Shown here: in pieces, positions 27,967-37,510 of the stretch
Layout: every line of letters starts with the position of its first letter
Position numbering within the stretch: position 1 is the first letter of the stretch
Assembly (NCBI GenBank): GCA_036160735.1
Contig: JAYYDR010000051.1
Location: forward strand, 10,830 to 74,829
Direction of reading: 5' to 3'
Length of the DNA stretch: 64,000 nucleotides
Origin: Thermoplasmatota archaeon
GTDB lineage: Archaea; Thermoplasmatota; Poseidoniia; Poseidoniales; Poseidoniaceae
Translations under genes and position numbers: made by a program
Notes under the pieces: generated by a model
Seen by the model: only the letters and a program-made list of their open reading frames with translations
Told to the model about the DNA's origin: nothing
The model's database searches: none

Positions 27967-29130
27967 ATGGCAGAACTACCTAAGACATGGGAAGACTGGG
28001 TCGCCAACTTTGGCGAATGGCAAGACAGAGTGGGTTTCAACAGAGAATGGCTAGGCGATTTCGACTTATCTATTCTATTTGACTGGGACCGTGCAGGCGA
28101 TGTTATCGAATTCGGTGACTACGCTGGAAGAGCAAAGTGGGAGAGAGCACTACAAGTGCCTCACCAGAACATTCGTGACTCCCTGGTCGCAATGATCACC
28201 GTACAGGGTGACACTGAGTTTGCATCAGTCGAACAACAGAGACACCTACTTGAGACAGCACCAACAGATTATGACCGCTATGCAGCAGCTCGTATCATGG
28301 CTGAAGAACAGAGACACGGTTGGCAGATGGCTTACCTCCTCATGACATACTTCGGACAGCAGGGACGAAGAGAAGCACAAAAGCTACTAGAGCGTAATGC
28401 ACAAGATGGTGACAGACTACTAGGTGCTTTCAACAGACCAATGCCTCACTGGCTTGATTTCTTCAACTATACAATGTTCGTAGATAGAGATGGAAAGTTC
28501 CAACTGGGAATGCTATCGACATCAGCGTTCAAGCCGCTAGCAGCATCCATGGGACCAATGCTCAAGGAAGAATCGTTCCACTTAGGAACCGGCTCAAACG
28601 GTCTACGTCGTATTATCAAGGCAGGAGTTATCCCTCTAGATATGCTACAACGCTACATGAACAAGTGGGTCGCAACCGCTCACGACTTATTCGGTACAGA
28701 CTCCTCCACTTCCGCTCACTGGGCATACGTTTGGGGAGTTAAGGGACGCTGGGACGAGCGCAAGAAACTCGAGGCTGACATCGAAGTCGACAAGGAAGTC
28801 CTCAACGAAGAGAGCCGTGGCCACTACCACGATGAAATCGTTAGAGAAGTCGAGAAACTAAACGGCTACCTACCTGAAGGATGCGGAGTAACACTCTACG
28901 TTCCTCACGAAAACTTCCACAGAGATATCGGCGCATTCGGTGGCAAGAAGTGCTACACTAACGGAGAATTATTCGAAGGAACCGACGAAGAGTACTCAGA
29001 GTACCTACGCACTGTCCTACCAACACCAGAAGACGAAGAAGCTCTGAAAGAATTGTTCAAGCAGCAGTGGATTCAAGACAAGCCACTGACCCCTAGACAA
29101 CTCGCTAGTGGAATCGGCGCAACCGCTTGA
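27967..29130 (+). CDS. boxB: Benzoyl-CoA 2,3-epoxidase-like di-iron protein (short BoxB type)
   Basis: QGDTEFASVEQQRHL, EEQRH (ExxH), YFGxxGRREA, RLLGAFN, DRDGKFQL, SAFKPLA and EESFH (ExxH) follow the BoxB-specific motifs in order. Confidence 0.8.
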   Translation: MAELPKTWEDWVANFGEWQDRVGFNREWLGDFDLSILFDWDRAGDVIEFGDYAGRAKWERALQVPHQNIRDSLVAMITVQGDTEFASVEQQRHLLETAPTDYDRYAAARIMAEEQRHGWQMAYLLMTYFGQQGRREAQKLLERNAQDGDRLLGAFNRPMPHWLDFFNYTMFVDRDGKFQLGMLSTSAFKPLAASMGPMLKEESFHLGTGSNGLRRIIKAGVIPLDMLQRYMNKWVATAHDLFGTDSSTSAHWAYVWGVKGRWDERKKLEADIEVDKEVLNEESRGHYHDEIVREVEKLNGYLPEGCGVTLYVPHENFHRDIGAFGGKKCYTNGELFEGTDEEYSEYLRTVLPTPEDEEALKELFKQQWIQDKPLTPRQLASGIGATA

Positions 29131-29139
29131 GGTGGTTAT

Positions 29140-29676
29140 TTGATTCCCGTCTCGCTCTACGGAGCCGACGAAGCGGAGTTAGAACGCTTCTATTCGGTAC
29201 TACCTGGATTAGTCAGTGATGCCTACGAGGATCGTCCCTATCAGGAAACTCTGTTTTCTGTGACAGGTGAAGATATCATAGAACACATCGAATTGGCTGA
29301 CTCTTGGGCAAATAACACACCGTTTGCCTGGCCAGAGGATGTAGTGATGGAAGTCAACATGGCAATTCAAACAATCAAGTACCCCGACGTCGGATTGCTT
29401 GAGCACTTGTTAACTCTGGAAAACATAGACTGTAAAAGAGTCTCAACTTGGATGCACTTTGAGACCAACGTATATCCAATCTACACCAAAGAAGCATGCG
29501 ATGGCCTAGAAAAACTAGGTCTGCCTACACCATATCTTCCAAACGATATCGCATCATACGGATTGTATGTTCAAAGACTTGAAGGACTGAAAATCCACGC
29601 CCCAGCCGAAGGAATGCCAGAAATTGGGCTGCCTAGAGCTCGCATTCTGCAACTCGGCTTGGAGCGATTTGGATGA
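29140..29676 (+). CDS. Hypothetical protein, probably co-transcribed with the boxB-like gene
   Basis: GAGGTGG RBS before TTG, 9 nt after the boxB stop. Its stop overlaps the next start. Confidence 0.7.
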   Translation: MIPVSLYGADEAELERFYSVLPGLVSDAYEDRPYQETLFSVTGEDIIEHIELADSWANNTPFAWPEDVVMEVNMAIQTIKYPDVGLLEHLLTLENIDCKRVSTWMHFETNVYPIYTKEACDGLEKLGLPTPYLPNDIASYGLYVQRLEGLKIHAPAEGMPEIGLPRARILQLGLERFG

Positions 29677-30575
29677 ATAATGTTTCAACCCATCTAAAAT
29701 TGCTCGCAGTTGCGATAATTTGGGGACTGGGTTGGGTTGCTGGCAGAGTTGCCGCACTTGAGATACCACCATTTACTGCCGGATGGGTCAGATACATCAT
29801 AGCAGTAGCGTGTTTTTTGGTATTTCTGAAGGTAACAAAACAATGGATTCTTCCTGCAAAAGATCAATGGAAAATAATCACCGCAATCGGTTTCCTGTCC
29901 ACCTTTCTCTATCAGGCATTTTTCATGTATGGAATGAAATGGACTGCTGCCGGTGATGCATCACTGATGATAACTTTCAATCCAGTGTTTACGGCGATTC
30001 TAGCGGTACCATTTCTTGGAGAAAAATTCGATTTTAGACTTGGTGCGGGGTTGCTATCAGCCGTTTGTGGTGTAATTGTAATCGCATGGTATTCACCGAA
30101 CGTAGACCTTCCAGTAAATGAGAGACTTCTGGGAGATGCATTGATCGGAATGGCTGCATTATCCTGGGCTTGTACAACGATTTTGATGAAGAAAGCGATG
30201 ACTGGAGAAAACCCAATGTCTCCTCTACACCTCACAGTATGGTCAAGCGTTGTTGGACTACTAATCCAAACACCTGTGGTAATTTGGGAATACACTCAAG
30301 TTGGATTTCCGACCGATGCTTCGCTCGAAGGATGGGCGTGGCTCGCTTTCCTTGCTATCTTCTCAACCGTCTTGAGTTACGTTTGGTTTGCTGATGGAAT
30401 TCGAATCATCGGAGCGGGAAGGTCGGCAATGTACGTTTACCTCGTACCCATTTTTGGAATTCTGAGTGGGTGGCTATTGCTCGATGAGAAATTAGGACTT
30501 TCACTAATAGCATCCTTCATTCTAATTGTGGGTGGAGTTTACCTTGCTCAATCTAAGCAACCGTCATCAACCTAA
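29673..30575 (+). CDS. DMT/EamA-family transporter
   Basis: About 10 TM helices with IIWG, PVFTAILA...LGEK and LLLDEKL motifs. Confidence 0.9.
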   Translation: MNNVSTHLKLLAVAIIWGLGWVAGRVAALEIPPFTAGWVRYIIAVACFLVFLKVTKQWILPAKDQWKIITAIGFLSTFLYQAFFMYGMKWTAAGDASLMITFNPVFTAILAVPFLGEKFDFRLGAGLLSAVCGVIVIAWYSPNVDLPVNERLLGDALIGMAALSWACTTILMKKAMTGENPMSPLHLTVWSSVVGLLIQTPVVIWEYTQVGFPTDASLEGWAWLAFLAIFSTVLSYVWFADGIRIIGAGRSAMYVYLVPIFGILSGWLLLDEKLGLSLIASFILIVGGVYLAQSKQPSST

Positions 30576-30593
30576 TTCCCTTGGACAAGAAAC

Positions 30594-31478
30594 ATGGGAA
30601 TCAATACTGTAGCCGTCATTGGAGCAGGAACAATGGGTGCAGGAATTGCACAAATTTGTGCACAAGCTGGTTGGCATACCAACCTGTATGACGCATTTCC
30701 CGAAGGTCTAGAGCGTGGAATGAACACAATAGATGCATTCTGGGACAAAGGCATCGCTAGGGGCAAAACCACTGCTGAACAAAAAGCAACCTGGACAGCA
30801 AATCTGCATGCCGTTCCTGACATGCGTGAAGCGGTAAAGGATGCTGATCTAGTTATCGAAGCGGTCCCTGAAATCCCAGATTTGAAGCACAAAATTTTCG
30901 CAGACCTTGGTACAATGACCAAGGAAGACTGCATCCTAGGTACAAACACTTCTTCCCTATCAATCGCAGATATTGCTGCTGCATCCGGTAGGCCAGAGAA
31001 AGTCATTGGAATGCATTTTTTCAATCCAGTTCCAATTATGAAACTGCTTGAATTGATCAAGCATGATTCATGCGCTGAATCCACTATTGAGGCCGCTACC
31101 GCTGCCGGAGAGGCGATGGGAAAGACAACCATCTTGGTCAAGGATGTGCCAGGATTTGCAACATCCAGACTTGGCGTAGTGTTAGGAAATGAGGCAATTC
31201 GAATGCTAGCTGATGGAGTTGCATCTGCAAAGGATATCGACACTGCAATGGTCTTGGGATACAAGCATCCGATGGGGCCACTCGCTCTAACTGACCTCGT
31301 CGGACTAGATGTGCGCAGAGACATTCTTCTGAATCTGAAGAAATCATTCAACGATGATTCATACACACCCCATCCACTCCTTGAGAAGTTGATCGCAGAA
31401 GGACGCTTAGGGAAGAAGTCCGGTAAGGGAATCTATGACTGGTCATCAGGTTCTGCCGAAGAAACCGAACTTCCTTGA
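30594..31478 (+). CDS. 3-hydroxyacyl-CoA dehydrogenase
   Basis: GAGTMGAGIA, IEAVPE, TNTSSL, GMHFFNP and PMGPLALTDLVGLD motifs. Confidence 0.92.
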   Translation: MGINTVAVIGAGTMGAGIAQICAQAGWHTNLYDAFPEGLERGMNTIDAFWDKGIARGKTTAEQKATWTANLHAVPDMREAVKDADLVIEAVPEIPDLKHKIFADLGTMTKEDCILGTNTSSLSIADIAAASGRPEKVIGMHFFNPVPIMKLLELIKHDSCAESTIEAATAAGEAMGKTTILVKDVPGFATSRLGVVLGNEAIRMLADGVASAKDIDTAMVLGYKHPMGPLALTDLVGLDVRRDILLNLKKSFNDDSYTPHPLLEKLIAEGRLGKKSGKGIYDWSSGSAEETELP

Positions 31479-31538
31479 GCGGGTTTTATTTCATAATTCG
31501 GCGCCAGTTTTATGCACTAAATCTGCATAGTGCAAACA

Positions 31539-32477
31539 ATGAAGATGCGATTTTTCTTTGTTTGCTTGATTCTTCTTATGACAACTTTGCAAGGATGTTT
31601 GTCCGATGATGATGACTCGTCAAGCAGGTCAAGCTCGAACTGCGCTGATGATGCTCTAAATCCTGACTTGTACGGAATATGGCTGAAGCATACTTATCAT
31701 GATCTTACCATAGGAGAACTCCACTTCCAAGCCAATGGAGAAAGGACCACCCATCGTGATGACCCAGATTTTGACCAAACTTGCTGGTATATCGATGGTG
31801 ACGAATTGATTTATGAGAAAATTTATGCCCAGCAAGGAAAAGTACTTTGGCATTCAAATTACTACATCGATGGAGACTTGTTATTTTACAGCCATGTTTT
31901 CACAGAGAGTATTGACATAAACGGGATTAACGTTGGAAATTCATACAATGATAAGCCAACTGAGTGTTATTTGTTTCACAAGTCTGGCGCTTTCTCAGAT
32001 AACACAACTTTGAACTCTACAATAAATTCAACGCAGTTCCCTGACTTTTGTACTTGGATTTTCGCTGACCCGACTGGTGCTAGCCCGACAGATGCTTGGG
32101 ATTCTACACACTACCTTGCGCAAGACCATTCTGATTCGGTAACCACCGGTTCAAATGATAATCTTATGACTGTCGAAATTGATGAGTTCTTCGGAGAGAT
32201 TGATTGGTATGTTTCTGAATACAACTATGGCTTTACGCTCAACATCACAGTCAATAACCAGTATTACACTTGTTATACCGAATATCAAAGTGCAGACTGT
32301 ATTATAACGTTTTCAGGGATTGACAATTATTACGCAGTTTGGGAAGAATTCGAAATTGCCACAGTAGCAGAGAATGGAGTTGATATTTGCTCTGTACAAT
32401 GTGATATCGAAATAAATGAACTCCATTTGAGAGAAGAGGACTGGTTACCCGGGACAACCAATGTCACAGTACAGTGA
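31539..32477 (+). CDS. Putative secreted lipoprotein
   Basis: Signal peptide with LQGC lipobox, followed by an acidic beta-rich body. Confidence 0.7.
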   Translation: MKMRFFFVCLILLMTTLQGCLSDDDDSSSRSSSNCADDALNPDLYGIWLKHTYHDLTIGELHFQANGERTTHRDDPDFDQTCWYIDGDELIYEKIYAQQGKVLWHSNYYIDGDLLFYSHVFTESIDINGINVGNSYNDKPTECYLFHKSGAFSDNTTLNSTINSTQFPDFCTWIFADPTGASPTDAWDSTHYLAQDHSDSVTTGSNDNLMTVEIDEFFGEIDWYVSEYNYGFTLNITVNNQYYTCYTEYQSADCIITFSGIDNYYAVWEEFEIATVAENGVDICSVQCDIEINELHLREEDWLPGTTNVTVQ

Positions 32478-32597
32478 TATCCGCACGAAATTGTAAGGTA
32501 CTCTTTTCCACCGGAGAAGAGATGAAACTTACAGAATGAGAGTTTTGTGGCTTGGATTATTACAACCCATTAAGAGGGGTTTGCATTACTGACCTCC

Positions 32598-33149
32598 ATG
32601 GAAGTAAGTCGTGAGATGATTAGGACCTTCACGTTCATAGCAGGACCATTAGTACTGGTTAGCTATGGTTTGGCTCTGTCAAAGATGGATGACAAGGCTG
32701 CTCTGTGGGGCGGAATTCCGAGTTCATGGATTACTTACATTGTGCCATTCATGTTTTTGGCAACAATTGGATTCTTGATGTATTGGTGGGTTGCATTATT
32801 CAAAATAGACGTCGCTGTACTTGAATCACTACACTGGCCATGGGGAGAATCCGATGGCAAGGGTGCACAAAGGCTTCTTCTAGCTTATGCGATGTTCTTG
32901 ATTCCATCCATGTTCTGGATTGATAGCACTAGAATGCACATCAATAACGACTATGCTTGGACCCCATTCTTGGTGATTGGAATCCTAGCGCTAGCATCGA
33001 TTGGCAACATCATGTTCGGACTGCTTGCGTATGGAGCATATCAAGATGGAATTGATGGTTCAGGGGTAATGCTACTCGGTTCTATCTTCTTGGGAATACA
33101 AGTTATTGTCAATGACCTAATTGTTTGGTCTGCCAAATTCCCCTGGTAA
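32598..33149 (+). CDS. Hypothetical membrane protein (~5 TM)
   Basis: Multiple hydrophobic helices. TTAAGA lies about 25 nt upstream of the ATG. Confidence 0.75.
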   Translation: MEVSREMIRTFTFIAGPLVLVSYGLALSKMDDKAALWGGIPSSWITYIVPFMFLATIGFLMYWWVALFKIDVAVLESLHWPWGESDGKGAQRLLLAYAMFLIPSMFWIDSTRMHINNDYAWTPFLVIGILALASIGNIMFGLLAYGAYQDGIDGSGVMLLGSIFLGIQVIVNDLIVWSAKFPW

Positions 33150-33151
33150 AA

Positions 33152-33571
33152 TTAAGCGATCAGGAATTCCTCGATAATTATCTGGGTTACAACTAATGCG
33201 AAGAATACAGCAACTGCAGCGGCAATGAAAATCGCAGTTCTATTTTTGCGATACCACTCGCGCTCACTCATATTTTCATCAAATTCTTTCAATGTCTCCT
33301 TGATATCTTGACGGACTTCATCAACGAAGTCTTCCAATGGCTGAGTTAAATCATCCAATGCCTCAGAGATCACAGAACCCTTTGGGTCAGTCTCTTCCCA
33401 GTTCGGCCTAAAGTAGGCGTAGATTCTGATTAGACCAATTCTGTAAATGAATATGAGGAATAACAGAGCTACAAGAATCGGCGGTGCAACAACCGAGAAG
33501 AAAATCACTGGAATAAGTGGAAGAATGGATAGGAACCAAAACACCTCTACGAAAAGAGGACCATCATTCAA
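33152..33571 (-). CDS. Hypothetical membrane protein; the true start may be upstream across a frameshift
   Basis: N- and C-terminal hydrophobic segments flank an acidic helix. Confidence 0.6.
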   Translation of the reverse strand: MNDGPLFVEVFWFLSILPLIPVIFFSVVAPPILVALLFLIFIYRIGLIRIYAYFRPNWEETDPKGSVISEALDDLTQPLEDFVDEVRQDIKETLKEFDENMSEREWYRKNRTAIFIAAAVAVFFALVVTQIIIEEFLIA

Positions 33572-33675
33572 CTTGGGACTGTTGAACCACTTGTTGTCCT
33601 TGTTATTGGGGGTGGGACAGGTTCTTCTGTCATGACCTTCCTTTCTACAAATTCCGCATTTCCTGCCGATCTAAA

Positions 33676-34449
33676 TCACCTGTCGTTAGAAAAATCAGGT
33701 TTGCGTTTTGAGAGGAATGCATCAATTCCCTCTGCAAAAGATGCGGTTGTTCCAGCGGCTTCGATCAAAGTTTGTTCGTGCTTGAGATGGGTCTCAAAGT
33801 CATTCACATTCTGAGTTAACAATAGATGCTTTGTCGCTTCTTTTGTGTGGCTGCCCCACTGTGACCATGTGTTCGCAATCTCGATGGCTCTCTCAATCAA
33901 ATCGTCTTCAGTAACCACTTCGTCGATTGCTCCAAGTTTGCATGCTTCATCTGCACTCCAGACTTGGTTTTCTAGGAAGAAACGACGGGCGACCTGTTCG
34001 CCAACCAATCGTGGAAGTAACCATGTTGTTCCGCCATCGGGAGAAAGACCGATTCCTGAATATGATGCAGCCATCTTTCCGTTTGGACTTGCGATTCTCG
34101 CATCACACGCAAGAGCAAGACCCAGTCCACCGCCAGCGGATGCACCATTTAGCGCTGCGACGAAGATTGTCTTCGAGGTGCGCATCTTCACGAGCATTGG
34201 ATGAAGAATATCAGTTAGTTCACGAATTAGTTCGACACTATCTCCGTCATCGATTGACTTCTGAAATGCCTTGATATCAGCACCTGCAGAGAAAAACTTG
34301 CCTTCTCCGGTAATGACAATAGCTTTGCAGCCAATATTGTCCATCACAGCGTCTCTAATTTTAGGAAGAAACTCCCTGCTAAAAGACTGAGTTGCAGAAC
34401 CACCCGTAAGTTGGATGAGAGTTACCCCGTCTCTTTGGCTTACTTCCAT
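33676..34449 (-). CDS. Enoyl-CoA hydratase/isomerase (PaaG-like)
   Basis: FSAGADI, NGASAGGGLGLALACD and IGLSPDGG. Asp is present and the catalytic Glu pair is absent, as in isomerase-type crotonases. Confidence 0.8.
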   Translation of the reverse strand: MEVSQRDGVTLIQLTGGSATQSFSREFLPKIRDAVMDNIGCKAIVITGEGKFFSAGADIKAFQKSIDDGDSVELIRELTDILHPMLVKMRTSKTIFVAALNGASAGGGLGLALACDARIASPNGKMAASYSGIGLSPDGGTTWLLPRLVGEQVARRFFLENQVWSADEACKLGAIDEVVTEDDLIERAIEIANTWSQWGSHTKEATKHLLLTQNVNDFETHLKHEQTLIEAAGTTASFAEGIDAFLSKRKPDFSNDR

Positions 34450-34453
34450 GATA

Positions 34454-35890
34454 TCACAGCTTTACGTTGACGTTCTTCACTTTCGTGTAGAAGTTGAGAG
34501 CATCCTTGGATTGCTCGATACCGATTCCAGAATGCTTCCATCCTGTGAATGCTGTTTGAGGGAATGTGATCGGGTATTCGTTGATACTTACCATTCCAGA
34601 TTCAACATCTCTTGCGAACTTGTGAGCACGAGATAGGTCGTTTGTCCAAATTCCGTTTAGAAGACCGAATGGAGTATCGTTTGCTAATGCGAGTGCTTCA
34701 GAATCTTCGCTAAACTTGGTTACAGAAAGAACTGGTCCGAATAACTCCTCTTGAAACAATAGGTTATCGGAAGACACACCTGTTACAACGGTTGCTTCCA
34801 TGAATGCGCCGTCTCTGTCTAGTGCATTGCCACCGCAAGCGATTTCTCCACCTTGGGCAAGTCCTTTTGCCAGCATGTCGAGAACATCATCTCTATGAGA
34901 GGTATGGACCATACTTCCCATTCTGACTCCTTCTTCCATTCCTGGACCGACAGGCCACTTGGAAATCTCTGCGACAATTGCATCCACTAACTCATCGTGA
35001 ACGTCTTCATGGACGATTAGACGGGAGCCTGCCCAGCACATCTGTCCTGCATTCATGAATATGCCAAAGCAGATCGCTTTTGCACAATACTTCAAATTAG
35101 CATCAGGGAAAACAACATTTGCACCCTTTCCACCTAACTCAAGAGTCACGGGGGTTAGGTTTTCGCTAGCCTTTGCCATTACAGCTTGACCCGTTGGTAC
35201 TCCACCGGTTAGAACTATTCCATCGACTCCGGAGTGCCCCGCTAGAGCGTCCCCGATTAGACCACCAGAACCTGTAATCACTTGCAAGACATCTGCAGGA
35301 AGTCCGACTTCCGCCTCTTGCATTGCCTTCATCCAAGCAATCAATGAAAGAGGGGTCCAAGATGCTGGCTTGGCAATCACTGTGCAACCTGCGGTGAGTG
35401 CCGGAGCGATTGAGCGAATTGCAAGTTGTAGTGGGAAGTTCCACGGTACTATGTGAGCGGTTACACCTAATGGTTGTCTCAAAGTGTAATTCAAGCGATT
35501 TCCTGGAACTGGAATTGTACTGCCTTCTATCTTGTCAGATAGGCCAGCGAAATACTCCAGTGTCCATGCGCCATAGCGAATTTCACTCAATGCCTCACGG
35601 AATGTCTTCCCGTTGTTAGAGGATTCTATGGCAGCCAGACTCTTTGCGTTTGCATAGGTTGCTGCAGCCATTTTCTGTAGAATGCGCCCTCGTTGTGCTG
35701 GGTCCATTGCTCCCCATTCCTTAGAATTCAAAGCAGCTCTAGATGCTGCTACACATCTCTCAACATCTGCAATAGTTGCTTTTGGTGTTGTAGCAATAAC
35801 TTCCCCTGTTGCCGGGTTTAACACATCTGAAGTTGAACCATCCTCTGCATCAGTCCACTCGCCTGCAATCCACATTTGTTCGCTCGCCAT
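34454..35890 (-). CDS. NAD(P)-dependent aldehyde dehydrogenase
   Basis: IVPWNFP, TLELGGK, NAGQMC (catalytic Cys) and EELFGPV motifs. Start set at MASEQMW. Confidence 0.92.
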   Translation of the reverse strand: MASEQMWIAGEWTDAEDGSTSDVLNPATGEVIATTPKATIADVERCVAASRAALNSKEWGAMDPAQRGRILQKMAAATYANAKSLAAIESSNNGKTFREALSEIRYGAWTLEYFAGLSDKIEGSTIPVPGNRLNYTLRQPLGVTAHIVPWNFPLQLAIRSIAPALTAGCTVIAKPASWTPLSLIAWMKAMQEAEVGLPADVLQVITGSGGLIGDALAGHSGVDGIVLTGGVPTGQAVMAKASENLTPVTLELGGKGANVVFPDANLKYCAKAICFGIFMNAGQMCWAGSRLIVHEDVHDELVDAIVAEISKWPVGPGMEEGVRMGSMVHTSHRDDVLDMLAKGLAQGGEIACGGNALDRDGAFMEATVVTGVSSDNLLFQEELFGPVLSVTKFSEDSEALALANDTPFGLLNGIWTNDLSRAHKFARDVESGMVSINEYPITFPQTAFTGWKHSGIGIEQSKDALNFYTKVKNVNVKL

Positions 35891-35970
35891 ATCGCATCCG
35901 AAGGAGAACCGCCTCAAAGCCTCTCCCGTCGAGGGTTGTCTTGATTAGCAAGCAGGAACACCAGCCTATC

Positions 35971-36633
35971 ATGGCGAGGCGAATTGGTATTGCAGATACC
36001 ACTACTACCAAAGTAACAGGGCGCCCTCCAATTCTAATCTTAATCGCAGGTGCAACAGGCGTTGGTAAATCGACGACCGCAGTGAAGTTCGCCAACGAGC
36101 ACTCATTTGCTAGATTGCTCTCAACAGATGCAATTAGAGAAATCATGCGTGTACAGGGTAGTGAAGAAAATAATGCTCTACATCGCTCTTCGTTTTCAAG
36201 AGGAGAGTCTGGAGACGCTGTATTGGATTGGCAAGATACATGCAAAGCCGTAGAAGCTGGCATTCAAGCAACTATTGAGAGGGCAAGAAGAGAAGGTATA
36301 GACCTAATTTTGGAGGGAGTTCACATCGAACCAAGTTCTCGTTTGCTAAGATCTTGGAGGGACTCTGGCGGTATTGCCATCGGAATAGTAATGCACGTCG
36401 ATGACGAATCTCAACACATTAGTTTCCTAAAGCAAAGAGAAAGCCATTCATTTAGGAACGCAGACAGATACATTTCCGCACTTCCAAGGATTAGAGCAAT
36501 ACAAGATTCTCTCAAAGAGAAGGCTAGAATCGCAGACTGGAATAAACTTGACCCGACTATTGTCAAAGACAGTCTTGACAGAATGAATCACTGGCTTGAC
36601 TTAGCGTGGAACGAGTGGCGAAAATCGCATTAA
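35971..36633 (+). CDS. 2-phosphoglycerate-kinase-like P-loop kinase
   Basis: LIAGATGVGKST, STDAIREIMR and LILEGVH motifs. No ATP-cone domain. Confidence 0.8.
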   Translation: MARRIGIADTTTTKVTGRPPILILIAGATGVGKSTTAVKFANEHSFARLLSTDAIREIMRVQGSEENNALHRSSFSRGESGDAVLDWQDTCKAVEAGIQATIERARREGIDLILEGVHIEPSSRLLRSWRDSGGIAIGIVMHVDDESQHISFLKQRESHSFRNADRYISALPRIRAIQDSLKEKARIADWNKLDPTIVKDSLDRMNHWLDLAWNEWRKSH

Positions 36634-37064
36634 GCATCCAAGTCGATTTCGAACGAGATTATTCTAGTTAGCATTGAATTTCTATCAGCTGCACCCAGTT
36701 CACTAGATACTGAAATTACCCCATCTGACTCGGTAACTGTAATGTTGAGGAGTTTCAACTCAACACCTCTAATTTCTCCATGATGCAACACGTCATCATG
36801 GAGTGAATCGATTGATTTCTGTACGCTTTCGATCTCTGACAGGCCCGAATCATACCATACTTGTGCTCTTGCTTCAGTAATATCAGGCAAACTGTCTGCA
36901 ATATCACCGGATGCTTGGATTGTATCATCACCTGCAGTATCGTATGGCATTGAAATTCCAGCCATCTTGACTGCGAAAATTGCCATTGATAGCAAGGACA
37001 TCATTAGAACAACTCCAGTTGCTAGTAGCATCTGTCCTTCTTCACCTCTCTTGTTTGAGCGCAT
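36630..37064 (-). CDS. Pilin-like protein (class III signal peptide)
   Basis: MRSNKRGEEG|QMLLATGVVLMMSLL is a charged leader, G|Q cleavage site and hydrophobic helix. It is the last gene of the pilus locus. Confidence 0.7.
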   Translation of the reverse strand: MRSNKRGEEGQMLLATGVVLMMSLLSMAIFAVKMAGISMPYDTAGDDTIQASGDIADSLPDITEARAQVWYDSGLSEIESVQKSIDSLHDDVLHHGEIRGVELKLLNITVTESDGVISVSSELGAADRNSMLTRIISFEIDLDA

Positions 37065-37501
37065 CAAGAACCACGCTCCCACAAATCCAAACTGATTGTC
37101 CAAAGGTGGCCGTCTACTACAACAAGGCCGTGTGAGTTAACTGTACCAGAGCCAGGTGTTGCAACCTCACCATAGGGCTGAGAAGTTCCTGAGTCCTTCG
37201 CTAACCAGCAATTTGCTTCAACTCCAGATGCAAGGTAATTCTGAACCAATTCACATGCAGCATCGCTCTCGCCCGCTGCAAGAAGTTCTGCTAATCTTGA
37301 ATCATAGTCACTCTCTAAGGCCGGTGTTGCAAGGCCAAGATTGATTGCATCCTCTCCTGCGAATTGCATCTCTGCATCGACAGAGATACTGGCTTCGTCT
37401 GGAACATGAACCGTAATCAGAAAAGCTGCGGTCATGAAGAATAGCCAAAACAGAGTAAGCATCTCAAGGATGTGAATCTGTGCATTCTCATCATCACGCA
37501 A
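37064..37501 (-). CDS. Pilin-like protein (class III signal peptide)
   Basis: MRDDENA|QIHILEMLTLFWLFF, preceded by a GAGGTGA RBS. Confidence 0.7.
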   Translation of the reverse strand: MRDDENAQIHILEMLTLFWLFFMTAAFLITVHVPDEASISVDAEMQFAGEDAINLGLATPALESDYDSRLAELLAAGESDAACELVQNYLASGVEANCWLAKDSGTSQPYGEVATPGSGTVNSHGLVVVDGHLWTISLDLWERGS

Positions 37502-37510
37502 GATATCACC

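Noticed and set aside
27967..29130. PaaA/PaaC phenylacetyl-CoA epoxidase call
   Set aside because: The motifs (ASVEQQR, DRDGKFQL) fit BoxB, and no paaB, paaC, paaD or paaE genes are adjacent.
30572..31366. 264-aa antisense ORF and the many other antisense ORFs
   Set aside because: They are shadows of well-supported genes on the opposite strand.
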